Positions 56,420-64,000 of a DNA stretch of 64,000 bases are shown piece by piece (within the stretch, counting starts at the first letter, position 1; each line of letters begins with the position of its first letter). Where the stretch lies: NCBI GenBank assembly GCA_023205875.1, contig CP060766.1, positions 496,001 to 560,000 on the forward strand, given 5' to 3'. The translations under genes and the position numbers were made by a program. Source of the stretch: Chloropicon primus (lineage: Eukaryota). The notes beneath the pieces are model-generated. The model saw only the letters and a program-made list of their open reading frames with translations, was not told where the DNA came from and searched no databases.

Positions 56420-57814
56420 TTACTTTACGTTCTTCCCGAGCCACTCCTCGATCTTATCCAAAGCCCTCTCCAGATTCTCCATGGACGTTGCGTAAGACAT
56501 CCTGAGGCATTCCTCCTTGCCAAAGGCGCTTCCGGGGACAGTTGCCACCCCCGCTTCTCTCAGGATTCGCATGCAGAGCTCGTCTGAAGACTTGGATCCC
56601 GTCCCCTCGATCCAAGAGGAGACGTCGGGGAAGAGATAAAACGCTCCCTGGGGTTTCGAGCCCCCTGGGAGGCGAGTGCCGCCAATCTTCTCCAGTCTCT
56701 CACACACGTAGTCCCTCCTCTTTCTGAATTCCTTCACCATGGCCTGCACCTCCTCACCGCCCCTCAGTCCCTCGTTTTCTTCCTCTTCGCACATCAGCAG
56801 GGCTTCGCAGGCAGCGTACTGAGCCAAGCTTGAGGCGCCGGAAGTGAACTGAGACTGGACTTTCGCGGCAGCGGAAGCAAGAGGTTCTGGAGCCGCGAGG
56901 TACCCCACCCTCCAGCCCGTCATAGCGAAGGACTTTGAAAAGCCGTTCACGGTAATTGTTCTATCCTGGGCCCCCTCGACCCCGCAGGACGCAAACGAGC
57001 AAGGGAAAGCGTCGTCCTCGGCATCGCCCGACTCGTTCTTGTAATAGATGTGCTCGTAGATCTCGTCCGAGATGACCAGCAGCCTTTCGTGGCTGGCCAC
57101 CACCTTGGCGATGGCCTGCATGTCCTTCTTCGTGTAGACCCCTCCCGTGGGGTTGCTCGGGGAGCAAAGGATCAGAATTCGTGACTTTTCAGTCAGCGCG
57201 CTCTCGAGCCCTTCTGCCGTCAAAAGGAAATTGTCCTCGAGCTTGGTCTCCACGATGACGGGGTCCGCCCCCGCAAGCCTAGCCATCTCTGGGTAAGAGA
57301 CCCAGTACGGCGAAGGGACGATCACTTCGTCACCCGGGGAGCAAGCTGCCAGGATAGTCTCCGCGATAGCCTGCTTTGCCCCGTTCGTGACAACGATGTT
57401 CTTCGATGCACTCAGGCCCGATATGCCATTCTCTCGCTCCAGCTTCCTCACTATGGCTTCCCTCAGGTCTGCAACCCCGGCGTTTGGGGAGTACTTTGTT
57501 TTCCCCTCCCCAATCGCATTCTGGCCCGCCAGCGCAATCCTTTGGGGCGTATCAAAGTCCGGCTCCCCCGGGGCAAGACTTATGACGTCCTTCCCCTCCC
57601 TCTTCATCTCCGTCGCCAGGTCACTTATCGCCACCGTGGTCGACGGCTTGAGCCTCTCCGCGGTGGAACCCACCTCGTACAACTCCGAGGAATAGGAGCA
57701 CGAGCAGGACGAGAGCCTAATCCTTCGTCTCCAGCCATTCCTCGAGGATTGCCTAAGCACTGCTACTGACACGACTCGGGATCCCCTCGCCAGGTGGTGA
57801 CAATCCCCTCTCAT
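56420..57814 (-). CDS. Class Ib aspartate/prephenate aminotransferase with transit peptide
   Basis: GEPDFDTP, NGAKQ, PYWVSY, CSPSNPTG, SDEIYE, GFSKSFAMTGWRVGY, PQGAFY. Confidence 0.92.
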   Translation of the reverse strand: MRGDCHHLARGSRVVSVAVLRQSSRNGWRRRIRLSSCSCSYSSELYEVGSTAERLKPSTTVAISDLATEMKREGKDVISLAPGEPDFDTPQRIALAGQNAIGEGKTKYSPNAGVADLREAIVRKLERENGISGLSASKNIVVTNGAKQAIAETILAACSPGDEVIVPSPYWVSYPEMARLAGADPVIVETKLEDNFLLTAEGLESALTEKSRILILCSPSNPTGGVYTKKDMQAIAKVVASHERLLVISDEIYEHIYYKNESGDAEDDAFPCSFASCGVEGAQDRTITVNGFSKSFAMTGWRVGYLAAPEPLASAAAKVQSQFTSGASSLAQYAACEALLMCEEEENEGLRGGEEVQAMVKEFRKRRDYVCERLEKIGGTRLPGGSKPQGAFYLFPDVSSWIEGTGSKSSDELCMRILREAGVATVPGSAFGKEECLRMSYATSMENLERALDKIEEWLGKNVK

Positions 57815-57843
57815 ACCAGCGAGTGATCCACGTTCCCCTGCCA

Positions 57844-58128
57844 GTTCCGAGCACCAAACGGGTCAATGCCGGTATCAATGGAAAGGCCTTGAGATGTACT
57901 TTCACTCTACGCACCTCTCGTTCCCTTTCTTTCACTCGTTTGCTCTTCGTTTTCTTTCGAGTTGTGTCCCCCTCCACTTTGCCCCTGCCAAAGTGGTAGT
58001 TCCAATGCGAGTTCCTGGAGTGTTCCGAGCACCAAACGGGTCAATGCCGGTATCAATGGAAAGGCCTTGAAGTTTACTTTCACTCTACGCACCTCTCGTT
58101 CCCTTTCTTTCACTCGTTTGCTCTTCGT
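57844..58128 (-). repeat. Tandem direct repeat: 107 bp units at 57844-57950 and 58022-58128 (period 178 bp), members of the dispersed family
   Basis: Units differ only in GAGATGTAC vs GAAGTTTAC (3 nt); minus-strand core TCAAGGCCTTTCCATTGATACC. Confidence 0.92.
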
Positions 58129-58236
58129 ATTGGTTCGTTTCTCCCTGTGTCCGCATTCCTCCTCCAGGGTTCAAAGGGGAGCTCGTTCCCCCCGGCGGCC
58201 GAGAGAGAGCGCGAAACGCGACGATCGCGAGAGGCG

Positions 58237-58272
<36 letters not shown>

Positions 58273-58436
58273 GCAACACGGCGACCGACGACCGCTGACG
58301 TGGAGTAGCGGAGGGCAACAGACATCACCCCATCATCAGCAGACACAAAACTTTTTAGCCTTTTTGCTTTTCGAGCGAACGAGCGAGGAAACAATTGGAT
58401 GGGAGGAATGGATCGCGTGTATGTGTTTGCGTCAGG

Positions 58437-58473
<37 letters not shown>
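58437..58473. repeat. (GATT)n microsatellite
   Basis: Read directly. Confidence 0.9.
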
Positions 58474-58706
58474 CTTGGAGAGGGTTCGTGTCGAGGAGGA
58501 GGGAAGGTCACGCTCGTTGGGAGGGTAACGCTCGGGACGGGTGAGGGTACCGGACGCGAACGAGGGAAAGGGTTGAGACGGAGAAGTTTTTTTTTTCTTG
58601 ATTAGGGCAGGGCACGTGGTGGTCATCACTCGCCCATCAGTGGATGGGTGACGAGGTGTGAAGAGGGTTTGTGTTACCTTGCTTGGTTGCGTGCGTTACG
58701 ACCGCG

Positions 58707-59734
58707 ATGGAGAAGTACGAGAAGGTGGAGAAGATTGGGGAGGGGACGTACGGCGTGGTGTACAAGGGAAGGAACAAGGAGTCGGGGCAGACCATTGCTT
58801 TGAAGAAGATAACCCTTGACGAAGCCGAGGAGGGTGTGCCTTGCACCACGATCAGAGAGATAGCCCTGTTGAAGGTGCGTGATGTGACCCTTCCCTGAGA
58901 TTGGTGGAGAAGTGTCCTTGCCCTGTTTTCGTTTTTCGCGGTTTGGTTTCTGACTTGTTTCCTCTTCTCTCGGTCGTCGTTGTTTTCCCTTCGTCGTGGG
59001 TTGCCCTTGCCCGCGGGCGCGCGCAGGAGCTCCAGCACGACAACGTGGTGCGTCTCAAGGACGTGGTGGCCTTGAAGTCCTCCATGTACCTCGTGTTCGA
59101 GTACCTCGATCTGGACCTGAAGCAGCACATGGAATCGAACAAGGTCGACTCCCCTTTGCTGATCAAGAAGTACCTGTACCAGATCATCAGCGGCATCGCG
59201 TACTGTCACACGCACAGAATTCTGCACAGGGACCTCAAACCGCAGAACTTGCTGATCGACCAGAACACCAAGGAGATCAAGTTGGCAGACTTCGGGTTGG
59301 CAAGGGCCTTCGACATCCCCATCAAGAGATACACGCACGAGGTCGTGACGTTGTGGTACAGGGCGCCAGAGATTTTGCTTGGTTCGCCCCACTACTCGAC
59401 TCCCGTTGACATGTGGTCGATTGGGTGCATCTTTGCCGAGATGGCGAACCACAGGCCCCTGTTTCCTGGCGAGTCTGAGATCGACCAGCTGATCAGGATT
59501 TTCAGTGTGCTGGGGACGCCGAACGAGGAGCTTTGGCCCGGCATCTCCCTGCTTCCAGACTTTTCAGAGAACTTTCCAAAGTGGACCCCCAAGAACCTCA
59601 AGGACTTCGTGCCCCACCTCGACGACCTTGGCGTCGACTTGCTGAGCCAGATGCTGCAGTACGAGCCGAGCAAGCGCATCAACGCCAGGGCGGCCCTGGC
59701 CCACGGCTACTTCAAGGACATTGCCGCGCAGTGA
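58707..59734 (+). CDS. Cyclin-dependent kinase, CDKA/CDK1-like, with variant PCTTIRE helix; exons 58707-58874 and 59027-59734
   Basis: [38 protein letters not shown]...[23 protein letters not shown] intron in frame. Confidence 0.92.
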
Positions 59735-59930
59735 GCCTGCCGAGGGAAAAGGGACGAACGGAAGCGGACGGCACCAAGAGGGAGGGGCAAGGGGCAAGGG
59801 GAGAGGGAGAGAAGAGAAAAGAAAAGTGGTTCGAAACCATAATTCGTTGCTTGTATAATACACACTTGATCTTGTTTTTTGACAAAGAGACCTGCTCCCG
59901 CGTCGCGCGCGCCAACCCAGCCCCGGACGC

Positions 59931-60314
59931 TCACCCGCCCTCACCCTTGCCCCAGTCCTTCCTCCTGCGCTCCCTCATGCCCTTCACCGCTTCGGCTACT
60001 TTCTCTCTCCTTCGCCTGTCCTCGGCCTCCTCCTCCTTGTGCGGCGCTCCCCCTGTCCACGACCGACGGTCCAGGTAGAACACCAGCAGGATGAAGACGC
60101 AAGCGATGCAAACGATGGTGATGCTCAGGTACATGAGCAGAGCGCTGGCCACTTGGGGCGTGAACACTCGAGATCTCGTGCGACCACGCACGATGCGGAC
60201 GGAGCTCCCTGATGGACGAAAAGTGGAGTCAATCTCGTCCGGCCCAACCTCGCCCAAGCCAAAGACCTCTTTGTCCTTGTCGAGCCCCTTCAACCGTACC
60301 CGTGTCGTTGCCAT
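59931..60314 (-). CDS. Small single-TM hypothetical protein
   Basis: ATG ORF of ~127 codons with one hydrophobic helix and a charged tail. Confidence 0.5.
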   Translation of the reverse strand: MATTRVRLKGLDKDKEVFGLGEVGPDEIDSTFRPSGSSVRIVRGRTRSRVFTPQVASALLMYLSITIVCIACVFILLVFYLDRRSWTGGAPHKEEEAEDRRRREKVAEAVKGMRERRRKDWGKGEGG

Positions 60315-60470
60315 GCCCTCCGTCGACAGAACCTTTACAGAACACAACAGGAGGCGTACGCGTCCTCCTCCTCGTCCATTCCCTTCCTCCTTCCCTCGAT
60401 GCTCCTCGTGGGCCTCATGATAACTCTTCCTGCTGTAACGCCTGTCGTCTCAAAGGGAGAGCCACTCCGT

Positions 60471-60621
60471 GCGTCAAAACCTTCAGCCGAGGTATCAATC
60501 GAAAGCCCGTGAGACGCCCTTCCGTTCTGTCACCTCCTCCCCTTCGCCGTCACCGTCCTCGCACAAAGGTCTTCGACAAACAACGCCCCTCTCCCTTGTC
60601 GCGCGACGAACCCGGGCGTTA
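60471..60621 (-). repeat. Copy of dispersed intergenic repeat family
   Basis: Reverse complement aligns with 26412-26570. Confidence 0.85.
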
Positions 60622-60817
60622 CCCCCAGCAGAGGAGGCCAAGATGAGGCTGAGGTCGGTGCTGGTGGAGAGAGAGAGGAGGGAAGGAGAGGAGAGGAGAG
60701 GAGAGGAGAGAGGATGTTGCAGGGTTAGCTCCATTCATCGTTCAGGGTTCTTTTTTGCTTTTCTTGCATATAGAATACATACACTTGTTGATGTTTTGGT
60801 TTGCAGACTTTTATGCC

Positions 60818-63458
60818 TTAATCGTATTGCAGGGAGTGGTGAAGGTGCTTCAGGTTCACGATCCTTCGGAGGTTTTCGTTCTCGGTCCTTGCTCCCCTTG
60901 ACTCCGTGCTGAGCTCTTTGATCTTGTTCAAGTAAGACGCCTCGTTGGCGTGCTTGTGCGCGATGAACTCCTTGACGGACACGAGCTCCTTCTCGCGGTC
61001 CTCCGCCCTGTTCTCGAGCCGCTCGATGTCGTTGGCTTTCTTTGCGACTTGGAGGTTGGCCTTGGCCAAGGCCTTGGTCAAGTCGAAGATCTCGCTCTGG
61101 TAAAACGCAGAGTTCGACCTCTTCCTCGTGCCGGCCGTGGACGGAAACAAGCTTTGGCTTTGGTGAAGGGACGACGACGAGGAAGGTGGGCTCGCCACGT
61201 ACCCTCCGCCATACTCGTGACGGGAGGAGGACACCGGGTCGTTCGCGAACTCCCTGAGCTCCAGGTTTCTCGCCAGTCTCCTCGTGCCACTCGCGCTCGA
61301 GGTCGAAGTCGCCATCCTTTGCTCGAACGCTCGCATGCGATCGTAGATGTTCCTGGACCCCGAGCGACCCAAAGGCGTCTTGTAAGGATCGGACGCTCCC
61401 CCCTGCAGGTACCGACTGGACTTGGAGTAGTAAGGCTGCTGCCTGATGCTGCTGATGCGGCCCGAGTAAGAGCTCGAGCTCTCCCTAATGATGGTGCTCT
61501 CCAAAGCCGCAATCCTCTTCCTGAGAGCGAGCATGACGCTCTCCTTCTCCCCAACAACCTGTGTGGAAAGGTGCCTCTCGTGCTCCACCTCGTTGTTCAG
61601 GGCCTCCACCTGACCGCCAAGCTGCTCGATCAGGGCGGCCTCGTCCCGACTCTCCAGAGATTGAAGCGCGGCGATGTTTTGGTCGGTCTTCCTCCTCGTG
61701 GCCAAGAGCGATTGAGGAGTCGCCAGGTTCACCCCTGGATCATCACTCACTGCACCCCCTTTGGCTTGTTCGGGCTCGGGTGTCATCTGCGTCGCGGTCG
61801 CAGTCGTCTCCGCGGTGACGATCTTGCCGGCGTCCTCGTCGGCACTGTCTTTCCCCTCCACCATCATCCCGGCCGCGATGCTCTCAAGCAAGGCCTGCGG
61901 AGGCAATGCCTGCCCCTCAAAAAGACTCAGCTTTCTCTTCACATGCCTCTCCACCACGCTTGAGAGCTCGTTGAACTCTTGCTGGAGCCAAGCTGCCGAG
62001 GCGGCCAGCCTCCACACTCGCCTCTGGCTCCGTCTGAGCTTGATCTTGTACTGCCTCGCCAAGGCGGCGGACTTGTACTTGTCACTCGACATGTACACCT
62101 TTTGATAACGGATGGCAGAGACCTTGTTGATCTGCTTCCACCATTCCGCTTCCGCCTTGGCCTTTGCGAGCTCCCGCTTCGCGTTCCTGTTGACCAAGAG
62201 AGATCCTTGGATGTCGATGTCGTACCCAGTCCCTTGCTCGGCCTGCTGCGGTGCATCCCTCTTCCTCTCGATGTTCTTCCTCAGCCTCACCAGCTTGAGC
62301 AAAGCGCCGTACTCTGCGTTTTGGGCCACCGCGTCATCCAAGCGAATCTTGCACAGGGAGAGGTCCTTGTCCAATGCGCTGGCCCTCAGCCTCGACTCCA
62401 AGAGGTTCTCGCTCTCTTCCCTCAGAGCTTTGGTCAAGAAGGCTATCTTCTTGTTCATCTGAACCATCACGTTCTCCATCCCTGGTCCCAAGTAACTGCC
62501 GTACAGCATCTCCGCCGCTTCGTTGACCTCGTTCGCCACCGACGGTATCGAGGGAGACAACACCGCTTGACCAGCTTTCCCTCTCGCTCGCTCTTCCTTG
62601 ATGCAGGGCACGTGACGCAGAACAACCCTCACGCTCGCAAACGTGAGCGGATCCAACGGAAGCTCCGCGAGCTCACCCACCATTGCCACTTGCCTGTCGC
62701 CCGTGTCCAAGCTCAAGCCCTGGCCAGCCTTTCCTTGACCGCTCAAGTACACGTGGACCAGCACCTCCGCCAGTCTCTGTCGATTCTTTCCGTGGGACAG
62801 CCACACTCTACACATTGGGAACGGTGGAAGAAGCAAGCGAAAGCCAATCGTGAGTTCGTGAGGTGCGCAACGAAACTCAAGCACCGCGCCCGCTGCCCGC
62901 GCCTGCGCCCTCTGCCAACCACTTACCTCAGGTCGAACTTTTTCCGCTTGTCCTCCCCATGTGAGAAGGAGTCCGTGACAGCAAGCGTCTTCTCCGCTTC
63001 TGACATGGCCTGCCTCAGTGCTTCATCGAATTCCACGAGGGTGACGAACTGCTCCTTGCCGTCTCCACCTGCCACGTTCCTCTTCTCCTGTGCCAGGTTG
63101 GCCAGGACAACATACGTCCCTTTGGCCATCTTCCAGTTGCACGGCAAGCCCATACGGTGCATGCCGGTCTGAAACGCATTGCCACTGGTCAATTCGAACC
63201 CCTCGGTTAAGATCTTGTACACATCCCTCGCCCTCTTCTTCTTCGCGTCCATCCAAAGCCTGCACATCAATCCATCATTCACACAGCATCAATTGGGAAA
63301 GTCAAATGGTTTGTCAGACAAGTTGTTGTGTGGAAGACAGCGGAAGCGTCCCTTTTGAGAGGATGAGGTTCTCCTCGATGCCGCAACTTTGCTGACCGTC
63401 ACTCCGAACGCTCCGCTTACCTCAGAAGGAGGAGGGCCTCCAACGCATTGGTCTCCAT
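60818..63458 (-). CDS. Multi-exon coiled-coil hypothetical protein; 5' exon structure uncertain
   Basis: 688-codon ORF with heptad-rich segments; upstream ORFs end at GTAAG donors (~62926, ~63420). Confidence 0.55.
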
Positions 63459-63809
63459 GGCGCTGGCAATGGAGTTAGTGACTCCAACTTCAATCCTTTT
63501 CGTGAGTGAAAATGCGTTCGAATTTGCTGGAGTGTGGCGAACGCTTGAGCCAGTCCGCGATGCAGAGGGCCAGGTTCCGGCCTCTCGTTCCCCCTCCGCC
63601 TCACCCGGGAAGAGGATTAGGATTGTGGTCCGGTCGCAGTCCCTTGATCCCAAGGACAAGAACAATTAATGGAAGAGCACCAGCGGCTTCCTGCTTCCTG
63701 GAGGGTACGAGATGATGATGATGATGGGGGTGGGGGGGATGATGGGGAGTGAGGTGGTAGATCCGTCTTCAAAAAAGTACAGTTGGGTCACTACAAGACT
63801 CAAGAATTT

Positions 63810-64000
63810 TTATAGGTTGTTCGCGAAGACGTTTGTCTTTCCGAGGGTCTTCAAGGAGGTGGCCGCGATGTGAGAGGCGGTCAGACCGGCCTCCGCAAGC
63901 TGCTCCGCGGGGGAGCCGTGCTCGATCCACTTGTCGGGGAGACACATTGGACGGAACTTGAGCTTGCCCGAATCGAGGAGGCCCTCAAGGGCGAGGAATT
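63810..64000 (-). CDS. DXS: C-terminus of 1-deoxy-D-xylulose-5-phosphate synthase (partial; not in the ORF track)
   Basis: Manual translation [47 protein letters not shown]..., stop at 63810-63812. Confidence 0.9.
   Translation of the reverse strand, partial: FLALEGLLDSGKLKFRPMCLPDKWIEHGSPAEQLAEAGLTASHIAATSLKTLGKTNVFANNL

Noticed and set aside
1..64000. tRNA, rRNA, telomeric repeats, transposase or reverse-transcriptase genes
   Set aside because: None recognised by eye; tRNAscan or Rfam would be needed to exclude small RNAs

Overview
Gene-dense, GC-rich eukaryotic nuclear DNA with few short GT-AG introns and many microsatellites. Plastid-type genes (P1B Cu-ATPase, NCS1/PLUTO, DXS, class Ib aminotransferase) point to a compact-genome green alga; a Chloropicon-like prasinophyte-grade alga is my inference, not a proven assignment. 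About 30 protein genes are supportable. They include housekeeping genes (eIF3j, eIF3i, UTP4, HIRA, TBL1/HOS15, CDKA-like, ATP synthase d), a bacterial-type lipid II flippase MurJ and several cilium genes (DNAAF3, TMEM231, IFT144, KATNAL2). The genes do not explain four things: (1) a dispersed ~110-160 bp non-coding repeat family (core TCTCAAGGGCTTTCGATTGATACC) found about 7-9 times, only in 5' intergenic regions and twice as ~180 bp tandem dimers; (2) a single ~2 kb AT-rich gene-free island with a perfect 17 bp hairpin, a candidate centromere; (3) CGATCG clusters in promoters; (4) a coiled-coil protein with four copies of an unrecognised ~27-aa repeat between IFT144 and KATNAL2. All family calls come from motif recognition by eye; no searches were run.
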